Virus record (IMG/VR): IMGVR_UViG_3300005253_000144
Span: 1-64,000 of that record
DNA: 64,000 nucleotides
Strand: one strand, 5' to 3'
Source: a virus
The stretch's first letter is position 1. Every line of letters starts with the position of its first letter. The notes below the pieces were generated by a model. That model saw only the letters and a list, made by a program, of their open reading frames with translations. It did no database searches and was not told where the DNA came from. Both the position numbers and the translations under genes were made by a program. Positions 9,863-19,486 of the stretch are shown here, piece by piece.

Positions 9863-11032
9863 TTATATGTACAGTACCCATTTATCATTAAAATAAGCCT
9901 CTATATTTTTTCTATCACCAGCCAAAAAGACTCTGGCATAAACGTGAATTTCAAAGATGTCGCCATTGAAGAAATTTGAACGCACATTCTCTGCAAACCT
10001 TGCACCCAGACCGGCTTGATTCAAAGCGAGTACTCCCACATCTAGGTCTGTGTCTGAACTGCCAATTACCTTGCCGTCCAATCGCAATGTCCCCACTTGT
10101 CCTGTGAATTCTATGCTTAATAAATGTGAGGACAAATCGGGAGTTCCTGCACTAATTTGTTTGAGAGTGCCAGCATCGTCTCGCCTCAGAAACCGATAGC
10201 CTGTAGTGCCATTAATATCCAGCACCAACAATGAGACGGATGCGGGACCACCAAAATTAAAAAGGGTCTGAACTCCAGTATTGCTGGATTGCCGGAACGC
10301 CACAAATATGGATATTGGCACATCGCCGCCTTGAAACAGGTTTGCCAATGTAGTTGGAGGATTGAGAATATCATCTATCCCGTCCCAGAGTCCTCCGCTT
10401 AAGCCGTTCTGGATTGGCGATACATATCTCGGCGCCCAAGCACCTTCCTCACCTTGAATCGAATCATATCCGTTTCCGCTTTTGTCTTCTAGTGCTCCAA
10501 TTGCTTGAAGGGATGTGGTTACGGGATTTGTTTTAGCACTATCTTGAAATAAGGTAGCAATGTCAGATATATCCCCCCATAGCGTTATGTCTAGCTCAGT
10601 AGGTACAAGTTCGCTTGGATAAATATTTCCTATAAATGTAGCCATGGCCATCCACAAATTTTCCGATATTCTTACCGCCCCGGTCAAACCCGCGCTTCGC
10701 ACTCGCGGTATACTATATCCAGTTCCATATAACTGCTGGCGATGGAGCGCATCATTAATAGCACCGCCGAGATAATCCGCATTTTTGCTCGATGGTCCTT
10801 CTGTATAGCATCGAATCGTGAAGGATAATGTGGACAAATCGGTTTGGTCATGCGTGTTTCTAGGACTTTGAGGTAGCACATCCACGCGCACAGCCGGATA
10901 ACCAAAGGTTCTTCCTTGGTATTGGTCCTCGCGCACATCTGCCGCATCACTACCAGCAAGCAAATTCTGTATTGTCGAATCCGCTTTCAGGAAATCAACA
11001 ATATCCTTTTGAATAACATTCATACGTATCAT
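9863..11032 (-). CDS. Tail terminator/completion protein fused to a C-terminal LamG/concanavalin-A-like domain
   Basis: N-terminal ~140 aa 'DIVDFLKADSTIQNLL...YPAVRV...SFTIRCY' (DUF3168-like); C-terminal 'FNGDIFEIHVYARVF...IEAYFNDKW' typical of LamG-like domains. Confidence 0.65.
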   Translation of the reverse strand: MIRMNVIQKDIVDFLKADSTIQNLLAGSDAADVREDQYQGRTFGYPAVRVDVLPQSPRNTHDQTDLSTLSFTIRCYTEGPSSKNADYLGGAINDALHRQQLYGTGYSIPRVRSAGLTGAVRISENLWMAMATFIGNIYPSELVPTELDITLWGDISDIATLFQDSAKTNPVTTSLQAIGALEDKSGNGYDSIQGEEGAWAPRYVSPIQNGLSGGLWDGIDDILNPPTTLANLFQGGDVPISIFVAFRQSSNTGVQTLFNFGGPASVSLLVLDINGTTGYRFLRRDDAGTLKQISAGTPDLSSHLLSIEFTGQVGTLRLDGKVIGSSDTDLDVGVLALNQAGLGARFAENVRSNFFNGDIFEIHVYARVFLAGDRKNIEAYFNDKWVLYI

Positions 11033-11033
11033 A

Positions 11034-11537
11034 TTACTTCAACTGTGCCTTAATGCTGGTCAGCACTAATCGGACACCATCCGCTTTTGTCTCGTGTGCA
11101 GCCGGACGTAGATAGGGGTGCGCTGGAACTCCTGGATGGAAAACACGTTTGAAAAAATGCTTTCCGCTTTCTGGGTCATACGCAGAAATATCCTTTGGTC
11201 CGCCCGGCCAGAAAAAGGCTAAAGACTTTTTATTCTTCGCCTCTATTAATATAAGTTCGCGCTCTGATGGGTCAGATGCATGAATGCCCGAACCCAATTC
11301 GTGTGCGCGCGCATATACCAGATTAGAGCCAATCAAAATCGCCCAGATATATGGCTGGATTCCAAAAGGAATTCCCTGCGTAATGCTTCGTGCCAGACGC
11401 CCAGTTTGAACGGGCGCCTTTAATGAAGCGCGCTGCGCCGCAAGTTCTCCCCATGCTAATACACCTTTAAATACAGCGATATTTATAAGTTGTTTTAGCT
11501 TTTCTGGACCATGCTTGCGTGTGACTTTTGCGGCCAT
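11034..11537 (-). CDS. HK97 gp10-like tail completion/neck protein
   Basis: 'APVQTGRLARSI', 'YARAHELG', 'HPYLRPA' motifs; likely start at MAAKVTRK rather than 11645. Confidence 0.75.
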   Translation of the reverse strand: MAAKVTRKHGPEKLKQLINIAVFKGVLAWGELAAQRASLKAPVQTGRLARSITQGIPFGIQPYIWAILIGSNLVYARAHELGSGIHASDPSERELILIEAKNKKSLAFFWPGGPKDISAYDPESGKHFFKRVFHPGVPAHPYLRPAAHETKADGVRLVLTSIKAQLK

Positions 11538-11539
11538 TT

Positions 11540-11917
11540 TTATTGAACGCTCCGATTCGTCTGATACCGTTCCAGCGTTAATTGGATTAGAGAAATTTTC
11601 TGCGATATTGGCATTTGAGGGTAGTTTACTTTGATAATTCTCCAACGCGTATCTAAATAAGGATGATAAGACGGTGCGGTTATTAACAATTCATCCCGCT
11701 CCAAAATTATCATTGTCGCAGGGCGTACTAATGCGCGCCCCATTTTTTTTGTTTCAATACCTTGCTGTAGCAAAAGCATACTCGGCGGCATCTCCTGCAA
11801 TGTAGTAGCCACACACTCATAAACAGCCGTTCCTGTTAGTACCGCGCCACCTACATCGTCATCCGCAGCTTGATTCATGCGGATAATTGTTGTCTGCACA
11901 TTCATTCCAGCAGGCAT
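11540..11917 (-). CDS. Head closure / head-tail adaptor protein
   Basis: 125 aa beta-rich protein between the connector and the gp10-like gene. Confidence 0.55.
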   Translation of the reverse strand: MPAGMNVQTTIIRMNQAADDDVGGAVLTGTAVYECVATTLQEMPPSMLLLQQGIETKKMGRALVRPATMIILERDELLITAPSYHPYLDTRWRIIKVNYPQMPISQKISLIQLTLERYQTNRSVQ

Positions 11918-11936
11918 TTAGTATTTCTCCTATCTT

Positions 11937-12644
11937 CTAACCACGCATAGATGGAACTGCCAGAGTCCGCTTCGGCTTTTTTAAATGCTTTATGGTTTTG
12001 GCGACCATGTTCGCACGCGCGCTTTGCCCCCAGGGGGTCATAATGAGGTCTCGGCGAGACTCAGAATAGCCCAATGACCCATAGCTTTTTATTCCTGGGT
12101 CACCCGGTCCACCTTCATTTGCGGCGGGGTCAACAATCTCATTAAGCATGATTTCTGCGCCGAAGGCAAGCCCCATGTGTAAACTGGTATCGTCTGCAAT
12201 TGTTCCCGTAGAAAAGCCTGCCCGATACACTACTTCCATCTGAAATGGAACTACTGCATAGCCACAGGCACTTATTAGTGCGCCCTCCACTGGCTGTAAG
12301 AACACATAACCAAATCCGCTATCAAGTATTATTCCACAACCATCATTTCTTGTTAATGTACAGGAGCAACCACTATTCTTTGAAATAGCTGTTACCGCAT
12401 CAATACTTGTGATGCGCGCCTCAGGCAACGGCAAAGTATGCGACCCAAGCGGCCACGAAAAGGTACCTGTAATAACGGTATCTAAAATTGGCGACCCAGC
12501 AAAATCGATGAAACGCTGCTCAGACCATAGATATGCGGCCTGTCTTTGTTCTACCGTTCCTACATCGATACAACCAGGCACATAGGCAAAGAATACATCA
12601 TCCGTTAAAACAACAGGCGACGTGTGATACCACAGTGAAGACAT
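11937..12644 (-). CDS. Head-tail connector (adaptor) protein
   Basis: First neck gene; 'EVVYRAGF' and 'KSYGSLGYSES' typical of adaptors. Confidence 0.6.
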   Translation of the reverse strand: MSSLWYHTSPVVLTDDVFFAYVPGCIDVGTVEQRQAAYLWSEQRFIDFAGSPILDTVITGTFSWPLGSHTLPLPEARITSIDAVTAISKNSGCSCTLTRNDGCGIILDSGFGYVFLQPVEGALISACGYAVVPFQMEVVYRAGFSTGTIADDTSLHMGLAFGAEIMLNEIVDPAANEGGPGDPGIKSYGSLGYSESRRDLIMTPWGQSARANMVAKTIKHLKKPKRTLAVPSMRG

Positions 12645-12650
12645 TTTCTA

Positions 12651-12962
12651 TTACTTAAACCTCGATGCCCTGGGGTCATCTGGCGTTATGATGCTGCTAT
12701 TATTACTCTTCATCATCGCTTCTTGGTCTGCCCTTAACAGCATCTTTCTCGCCTCATGTTCCAAATACGCCGAGATAGCAAATAGTTGAAAAGGGGTTAT
12801 CAAATGCATGTCAACACCCACAGGAATTGCTGTGTTGCCAGCAAATCGAATCCTTATTAGGGAATCATCTTTGGCTGGAGTATAGCTGGGATGTAGGCTG
12901 GCCTTTGTAGGTTGGTCATCATTTATGTTATCTTTGTTTGTATTCTTAGTATCATCATCCAT
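12651..12962 (-). CDS. Hypothetical protein
   Basis: ORF translationally coupled to the upstream glycosyltransferase. Confidence 0.55.
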   Translation of the reverse strand: MDDDTKNTNKDNINDDQPTKASLHPSYTPAKDDSLIRIRFAGNTAIPVGVDMHLITPFQLFAISAYLEHEARKMLLRADQEAMMKSNNSSIITPDDPRASRFK

Positions 12963-13906
12963 TATAAATACCTATAAACGTCCCATTCCAAGCCGTTTAC
13001 CCAACGGCCGCGGAATATCTGTTCATTAGCGGCCAAATTAAAACCATCAGAACCAGCTCCCTGAATAATGGAGCCGCCAACAATATGATACGCCTCTGAT
13101 TGAGGAGAGTAAACTACTTTTTTACCATGCGCCCTAGCGTTGAAGCAATAATCCACGTCCTCAAACGTCCCCTTCCCATAACCTTCATGTAGACCGCCTA
13201 TATCAGTCCATAGGCCACGGCGTGTTATGAAACACGACCCGGTTATAGATGCCATTTCCTTGCGGGTATTGACCTTTGGATTATTGCGACTCCAACCCAA
13301 GTAGATATGGATTATCTTCCCTGATATATCAACGGCATGACCCGCATGTTGCACACTTCCGGGCGGACCATGAGGCGAATCCTGTTCAGGAAACAGCAGT
13401 TTTATTCCCACAACGCCTATCTCAGGATTGTCCATTTCATTTATCAAATTGGTAATTGCGCCATTGAGCAGAACAATATCTGCGGAAAGAATAAGGATTA
13501 ATGGTGCTTTCCCCTTGGATACAGCAAAATTAATGCCGCCCGGAAACCCCCTATTCTCTTCTAACCTGACTAATTTATCCGATTTTCTTAATAGCTTTTT
13601 TACTCCCGCGGACTGTGTTTCAGGAGAGATTGTTGTTCCATCATCATTGTTGAATTCGGGCGTGCCGTTATCAAGTACGATAATGTTGTATTCAGGGCTT
13701 CCCCAATCTTTCATACCTGCTTCTATGGATTTTATCGCGCTCTCTGCCAGTGCCCATTCTCCATAAACTGGAACGATAATATCTAAAAGGGGCTGAATAT
13801 AAGGTAACACCTGTGTGTTTTCTGCCAGAGGCGATTCTTGTGGTTTAGCTTGGCTACCACTATGCCTGCGTTTCCTTTTATTCTTCGACTTTTTCTTCTT
13901 CGCCAT
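12962..13906 (-). CDS. Glycosyltransferase family 2 (WbbL/rhamnosyltransferase-like)
   Basis: 'DIIVPVY', 'LDNGT', 'ENRGFPGGIN', 'ITGSCF', 'FEDVDYCF'. Confidence 0.9.
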   Translation of the reverse strand: MAKKKKSKNKRKRRHSGSQAKPQESPLAENTQVLPYIQPLLDIIVPVYGEWALAESAIKSIEAGMKDWGSPEYNIIVLDNGTPEFNNDDGTTISPETQSAGVKKLLRKSDKLVRLEENRGFPGGINFAVSKGKAPLILILSADIVLLNGAITNLINEMDNPEIGVVGIKLLFPEQDSPHGPPGSVQHAGHAVDISGKIIHIYLGWSRNNPKVNTRKEMASITGSCFITRRGLWTDIGGLHEGYGKGTFEDVDYCFNARAHGKKVVYSPQSEAYHIVGGSIIQGAGSDGFNLAANEQIFRGRWVNGLEWDVYRYL

Positions 13907-15224
13907 TTTGGTTTACCTCCGAATTCTCACTAATATCTTCCACGATTGGGGGTACAGGCTGTGGAACGCCTGAGGGTATTGTGCCGATTTGTTGAGCAGT
14001 GTTCTGCACCGGGTTCGCTGCCAGTTTTTCCTTGGCAATTTCCCTGTCAATCACATCCTCCAATAAAATCCCCGCAACATCCCAATTCCTGCCCTCGGCA
14101 TATAGTCTTGCTCTTGTAATAATCTCTGCCAAAGTCGAATTCTTGTTCTTGGTTTCCCAATATTTAATGATTTTTAATAATTGCGCCGCGCCAGCCTCCA
14201 CATCTACATAACTACGCCTCGAATTTCCCCATACATCAATATGCGTGAATTCCACCGGGATAGTAAAACCACGTTCACCATCATAGTTTGTATTTATGCG
14301 CGCTGTTTCCGCATCTTCAAAAATGTGTTCTATAAGAGCGGCGGCGTGGGTGGCAAGAACAGGAACGCCAGCCGCCATCGCTTCAATAGCTGGCATTCCC
14401 AAACCTTCGGCCTTGCTCGTTAGCATAAATAGGTTTGAAAGAGCAACCAGTCGCCACATTTCCGCAAATGAAATACCCCGCTCAAGGCATACAAAATTAC
14501 CTGTCATCCCATATTTTAGGGCAAGGTCATCTAATCTCCAACCCACTGGGGATTCTTTCCTTGTTACCAATATCCAATGAATCCTCGCATATTTTTCGCG
14601 CGCCTTGGCAATAATTTCCATCGTAGCAGATAGGTTTTTGCGTTCCTGATTATCCGCTACTGTGACAATCACGAAATCTTCGTCTTCAAAACCCATTGAC
14701 TTTCTTAGCTGCCTCTTTTCTCCCTCAATCGGCATTCTCCATGCCTTGGTATCTAGGCCAATACGAATATGTTCACATTCAGCCCCCGCATCTTCAAGCA
14801 TATTCTTTCCATGCTCACTAATAACCAATCGAGCGTTCAAATTACCTAGTCCCATCGCCCAGGTCTGGCAAATAGGACCATCTTCAACAGGGAAAATACC
14901 AATATGCGGCACAGGAATCTTTTTCGCATTTGCAATACCAATTTGCAACGGGATATCAAGGGCGATTACAACTGCTTCGACAGGTTCGTTTCTTCCCGAT
15001 ATGCCAAGTTGATGCAAATTATGCATCATGGCCGGGGCGTGAGTCATCCACATATGGGGCTGTACCGGAAGTAGGGAAAAAGGCCAGTGGTGTTCTTCGC
15101 CCGTATATCCAATACCAAGTGCCGTTACTTTTTTGCCACGCGCTACTAATTGATTGCATAGTGCAAGGGCAATGTTCATATACCCGCTCCCCTTTAAATC
15201 CAAATCACTTAAAAATATTATCAT
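13878..15224 (-). CDS. Glycosyltransferase family 4 (GT-B)
   Basis: 'NQERKNL', 'TSKAEGLGMPAIEAMAAGVPV' (E-x7-E motif). Confidence 0.9.
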   Translation of the reverse strand: MIIFLSDLDLKGSGYMNIALALCNQLVARGKKVTALGIGYTGEEHHWPFSLLPVQPHMWMTHAPAMMHNLHQLGISGRNEPVEAVVIALDIPLQIGIANAKKIPVPHIGIFPVEDGPICQTWAMGLGNLNARLVISEHGKNMLEDAGAECEHIRIGLDTKAWRMPIEGEKRQLRKSMGFEDEDFVIVTVADNQERKNLSATMEIIAKAREKYARIHWILVTRKESPVGWRLDDLALKYGMTGNFVCLERGISFAEMWRLVALSNLFMLTSKAEGLGMPAIEAMAAGVPVLATHAAALIEHIFEDAETARINTNYDGERGFTIPVEFTHIDVWGNSRRSYVDVEAGAAQLLKIIKYWETKNKNSTLAEIITRARLYAEGRNWDVAGILLEDVIDREIAKEKLAANPVQNTAQQIGTIPSGVPQPVPPIVEDISENSEVNQNGEEEKVEE

Positions 15225-16279
15225 GCTAATTTACCTCTTTCAAATAATTCTTCCCATCGTTCGGCCACTTTCTCATAGCTGAAACGGCGTTCTGCCCCAA
15301 GCTGCATTCGGGCTTGCTTATCTTGCAAAGATTCCCTGTCCGCCGTTAATGTCTCTATAATTCGATTACTGAACAATTCAATCCATAAATCTGAAGCCGG
15401 GTTGCCGGCAATTATCTGCCCAAACTCATTTGTAGTAGTTAAAGCCCCTCTATCAGACGTTATTGGCAATGCTCCAGCTATTTGACATTCAGCGGCGGAT
15501 ATACAAAATAGTTCATCATAGGTGCATGGGTAACTCAAAATCTCGGCTTGCAGTTGGTGTTTAATCAATTCTTTTCGCGGTATCCGGCCAAGGAAACTGA
15601 CATCCTTTTGTCCCATCCATGCTAGGCGGTGTTTGGTATTATTTGCGCTAGTACTTCCCCATAAACGATAATCACTCGTAATAACAAGGCTGGCATCTGG
15701 CACCTTTTCTTTAATCTGTGGCCATGCGCGTAGTAACTCAGCCAATCCCCGGTCGGGAATACTGCAATAAATTAGGCGATACGCCACCTTCTTAATAACA
15801 TCTTTATTTTCATATTCCCACGCTCTTACCCCTATATCGATATGGCCCATTTTTGTTAGCGGTATTCCATAATGCGCGTGATGATAATTTGTATGGAATG
15901 GCGAAATAGTAACTACATAATCAACTCTTTGGCCCAATTGATGAAAATCTCCAACCGTAAATTGGTCTGTTGACCAAAAGATGGTGCGTTGTTTTGTCGG
16001 AATACGGGTATGGAATACACGCGGGTTTGGGCTACGGAAGATGAGCAAAATATCACGTGGGTGTTCGGTAATGAATTCAGCCAAGGCACGGTAGGCAACC
16101 CCATCATATGTACCAGGATGGTCTGGGTCGTTATATACAGTCACTTCATGACCTCTCTTCGCCAATACCCGCATTAATGACATCATTGCCAATTCTGCAC
16201 CACCAACTCCGCGCCCATCTATAATTGGCGGTGTTACTCCAATGGGACTTCCGTCATTTGCAATCAGATGAATCTTCAT
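15221..16279 (-). CDS. Glycosyltransferase, GT4-like
   Basis: 'GVGGAE', 'SIPDRGL', 'YDELFCISAAECQIAG'. Confidence 0.85.
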   Translation of the reverse strand: MKIHLIANDGSPIGVTPPIIDGRGVGGAELAMMSLMRVLAKRGHEVTVYNDPDHPGTYDGVAYRALAEFITEHPRDILLIFRSPNPRVFHTRIPTKQRTIFWSTDQFTVGDFHQLGQRVDYVVTISPFHTNYHHAHYGIPLTKMGHIDIGVRAWEYENKDVIKKVAYRLIYCSIPDRGLAELLRAWPQIKEKVPDASLVITSDYRLWGSTSANNTKHRLAWMGQKDVSFLGRIPRKELIKHQLQAEILSYPCTYDELFCISAAECQIAGALPITSDRGALTTTNEFGQIIAGNPASDLWIELFSNRIIETLTADRESLQDKQARMQLGAERRFSYEKVAERWEELFERGKLA

Positions 16280-17583
16280 TAAATTTCACTCCTGAAAAAC
16301 CCGATGATTTTATTTGCGGTATAGGTCACCATTTCCGATGTCAGGCCAGGCCAAATACCTACCCAAAATGTATTGTCCGCTATTATGTCTGTGTTGGGCA
16401 CAGTAACGCTTGCATTTATAGCAGAATATGCAGGTTGCTTAAGTAAATTGCCTCCGAATAATCTGCGCGTCCCAATTTTGTGGCTTTCCAAATATTTTGT
16501 CAGTAGCACACAAATATTAGGTTCGCGAACTGTTATAGGAAACCCAAACCAGCTAGGCTCAGAATTTTTTGTCGCGCGTGGCAGATGAATAAATTCCTCA
16601 AGCCCGGATAGTAGCCCATACATTTGTTTAAAATTCTCCCTTCGTTTGGCCACAAATGTTTCTATCCGAAATGTCTGGGCTAATGCAATCGCTCCCTGAA
16701 AATCGGTTGATTTGAGATTGTATCCTATCCGGCTATAAATATATTTATGGTCATAATTATGAAGTTGCGGAAAATCCCATTCAAACCTTTTCCCGCAGGT
16801 GTTATCTTCACCAGTTTTGCACCAGCAATCACGTCCCCAATCACGATAGCTGTTTATCATTTTGTTGACTATTGGTGATTTGGTAAAAACGACCCCACCC
16901 TCACCCGCCGTTATATGATGTGCCGGATATAGTGAGAGAGTTGACATCAATCCAAATGTGCCTGTTAACTTACCTGCATATGTGGACCCAAGCGCATCAC
17001 AATTATCCTCTATTAGATGAATGCCTTTTTCCTTACAAAGAGCCAATACATCTTCGATGGGAAAAGGGTTGCCTAGTGTGTGCGCCATGAATATCCCAAC
17101 CGTATCTTTGTCTACTGCATTAGCAATCATATCAATGGTTGGCACATAGGTTTCAATCTCAACATCCACAAATCGTGGAATGAATCCGTTCTGAATAATA
17201 GGATTTATTGTAGTTGGGAATCCTGCCGCGGCGGTAATGATATTAGACCTGCCCTGTATCCTATCCACAATTTCTTTAAGTGTGGTTATTGCTAGTAGGT
17301 TTGCGCTAGAACCCGAATTGCACATGCTGGCAAATCGCAGCCCCAAATAATCGGCTATTCTTTTCTCAAACTTCTCCACAAATCGCCCCTCAGTAAAATG
17401 CATATCAAACGCGGCCGCAACCGCATTTTCTACTTCTAATCCGCCAACCACCTTGCCGCTTGCCGGAATAGGGGTTAGTCCAGGCTTAAATGATGTGACC
17501 TGCTTTTCAATCAATTTTGATTCACCATATTTATGCGCAAGGGTTTTGATATCAGCTTCTAGGGCTTCATAATTTATCATCAA
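16279..17583 (-). CDS. rfbH: CDP-4-keto-6-deoxyglucose 3-dehydrase (RfbH/DdhC/AscC, DegT fold)
   Basis: 'NSGSSANLLA', 'EDNCDALGS', 'YPAHHITAGEGG' (His in place of the PLP Lys) and Cys cluster 'DWGRDCWC...NTCGKRF'. Confidence 0.9.
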   Translation of the reverse strand: MMINYEALEADIKTLAHKYGESKLIEKQVTSFKPGLTPIPASGKVVGGLEVENAVAAAFDMHFTEGRFVEKFEKRIADYLGLRFASMCNSGSSANLLAITTLKEIVDRIQGRSNIITAAAGFPTTINPIIQNGFIPRFVDVEIETYVPTIDMIANAVDKDTVGIFMAHTLGNPFPIEDVLALCKEKGIHLIEDNCDALGSTYAGKLTGTFGLMSTLSLYPAHHITAGEGGVVFTKSPIVNKMINSYRDWGRDCWCKTGEDNTCGKRFEWDFPQLHNYDHKYIYSRIGYNLKSTDFQGAIALAQTFRIETFVAKRRENFKQMYGLLSGLEEFIHLPRATKNSEPSWFGFPITVREPNICVLLTKYLESHKIGTRRLFGGNLLKQPAYSAINASVTVPNTDIIADNTFWVGIWPGLTSEMVTYTANKIIGFFRSEI

Positions 17584-17589
17584 ATATCT

Positions 17590-17964
17590 CTATATTAGAT
17601 TATAGATAACTAAGAATTCTTCGATTGAAAGGCTATGAAATCCATCATAAGACATGGCCAATTGAGCAACATCGCCAGTAATGAAATAGGCTTCTGATAT
17701 ATCACCATGTTCTATGGCTGCACGTTGCGCCATTTCCGTTATTGCAAAGGACAGAGATTGATAATCACCGCCGAGAACTAATGTATAGTCTGGATGGAAT
17801 TCGGCTAAAATCCGATTCATTATTTTCGTGCTCTCCAACGCATCCGCATTTGATTCCATTATCACTGCCACAAGATTTCCCTCAGCCCGTAACTGCTCAA
17901 TAAGAATAACTATGAGGGGCATCCCTTTCAGAGCCGAGCTATCAAAAATATAAAGATTGGCCAT
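17590..17964 (-). CDS. Hypothetical protein in glycan cluster
   Basis: ORF tightly packed in the operon; weak HAD-like N-terminus (YIFD). Confidence 0.55.
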   Translation of the reverse strand: MANLYIFDSSALKGMPLIVILIEQLRAEGNLVAVIMESNADALESTKIMNRILAEFHPDYTLVLGGDYQSLSFAITEMAQRAAIEHGDISEAYFITGDVAQLAMSYDGFHSLSIEEFLVIYNLI

Positions 17965-17969
17965 ATCAG

Positions 17970-18467
17970 CTATTCCGAAATTTCCTTATTATATTCGCCA
18001 AGGCTGAGCGGGAAATTTAATAATGCCTCAAGCGGAGTGCGAATAATTTCATCTGGGTCATGCGGAATGCTTGCAATATTACAAATTATGGCTGAATTAA
18101 CGCTACCTTCTTTTGCCCTAAAAGCATTCCATATGTAGGGTGGGATAGTTAATAATACATAATGCGGACCATCCGCAGCAAGTTCAATTTTCATGGGTGT
18201 TCCAAAAGTTATGCCCCCAAAACGTTCATCGTATAAAAATATTGTGGCGCGTCCGCTTACGCACAGATAGCGTAACGTCATTTTTGTATGTAAGTGCCAT
18301 CCTTTGATAATCCCTGGATTTACCTCAGAGAAATAAATCTCGCCAATTTTGTTGTCTGCGGAAATGAACCATTCCTCATCAGTTCTTAATCCATGCTTTA
18401 CCGAACCGCGCAAATCGCGAATCACATCTCTTTTTATGGTTTCAACCCCTTGAATGATGTGCACCAT
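17970..18467 (-). CDS. NDP-4-keto-6-deoxyhexose epimerase (RmlC-like cupin)
   Basis: 'DLRG', 'IKGWHLH', 'LTIPPYIWNAF'. Confidence 0.85.
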   Translation of the reverse strand: MVHIIQGVETIKRDVIRDLRGSVKHGLRTDEEWFISADNKIGEIYFSEVNPGIIKGWHLHTKMTLRYLCVSGRATIFLYDERFGGITFGTPMKIELAADGPHYVLLTIPPYIWNAFRAKEGSVNSAIICNIASIPHDPDEIIRTPLEALLNFPLSLGEYNKEISE

Positions 18468-18469
18468 AT

Positions 18470-19483
18470 CTATTTGCTCCTAAAATAACTTTCATACCAA
18501 GCTATTGTGTTTAATAAATTTTTTGTGAATAGTCCCGAATTATCAGGACGTATCCAGCCCAAATCTTTCTTGGCCTTATCATCTCTAATAATTATTCTGC
18601 TACTCTCGCCTTTAGCGGTATTCAATATCTGCAATTGTAAATCTTCTCGCTTCATCAGACTCAATAATTGCTTCACCAAATCCCCTACCGTCCACCATAA
18701 ACCGCCAAAATTATATATTTCCGCAGTGTCGATATTGGGGAGTTGTTCATGAAGGCTATTGGCAAGAAGTAAATATGCATGAATGGCGGCTTCAACATTT
18801 ATATATTCCCGCACAGGCATACCATCGCTCCGGATTTGTGGACTCCGGTCATGTAGGATATCCCGAATTGTCTCTGGAATAAGCCGCTTAAAGTTCAAAT
18901 CTCCAGGTCCAAATATATTTGCCATGCGAGCAATGGTTATGGAAAGCTTATAGTGATTTGCATAGGATTGCGCAGCCAAATCCGCTGCGGCCTTGCTCGT
19001 GTCATAGGGATGTCCGGGATTTGGTATTAGCGTTTCCCTCAAACCGCCATGCGCCATTTCAGAACGGTCTTGCTTGCCATATGCTTTATCAGAGGAAGCG
19101 ATGATAATCTTGGCATTGGGAGCAATCCTTTTGGTCGCCTCTAAAAGATTAACAGTTCCCATAACGTTTGTGTCCCATGTCTGCCGCGGGACCTGCGCCG
19201 CCTCTGTCACTTGCGTAATCGCGGCCAAATGAAATATATAGTCGGGTTCAGCGATGGTAATTGCGCGTTCAATCTGTTCATAGTTCCGAATGTCGGCCTG
19301 GATTGTTCTTACCTGTAACGGCCAATCATTAGTAGGCGCATAGACTTGGCGCACGAAATCCGCATTATGCACTATGGCAAACAGATTTTCTGTTGCGTGA
19401 TTTAGCGCATACATTAAATGGCTACCCACAAAGCCATAAGCACCAGTAACTAGAATTCTTTGGTTCGTAAATATTGATAGCAT
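18470..19483 (-). CDS. rfbG: CDP-glucose 4,6-dehydratase-like extended SDR
   Basis: 'VTGAYGFVGS', 'FHLAA', 'SSDKAY', 'YDTSK', 'NIFGPGD'; adjacent to rfbF. Confidence 0.8.
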   Translation of the reverse strand: MLSIFTNQRILVTGAYGFVGSHLMYALNHATENLFAIVHNADFVRQVYAPTNDWPLQVRTIQADIRNYEQIERAITIAEPDYIFHLAAITQVTEAAQVPRQTWDTNVMGTVNLLEATKRIAPNAKIIIASSDKAYGKQDRSEMAHGGLRETLIPNPGHPYDTSKAAADLAAQSYANHYKLSITIARMANIFGPGDLNFKRLIPETIRDILHDRSPQIRSDGMPVREYINVEAAIHAYLLLANSLHEQLPNIDTAEIYNFGGLWWTVGDLVKQLLSLMKREDLQLQILNTAKGESSRIIIRDDKAKKDLGWIRPDNSGLFTKNLLNTIAWYESYFRSK

Positions 19484-19486
19484 TGA

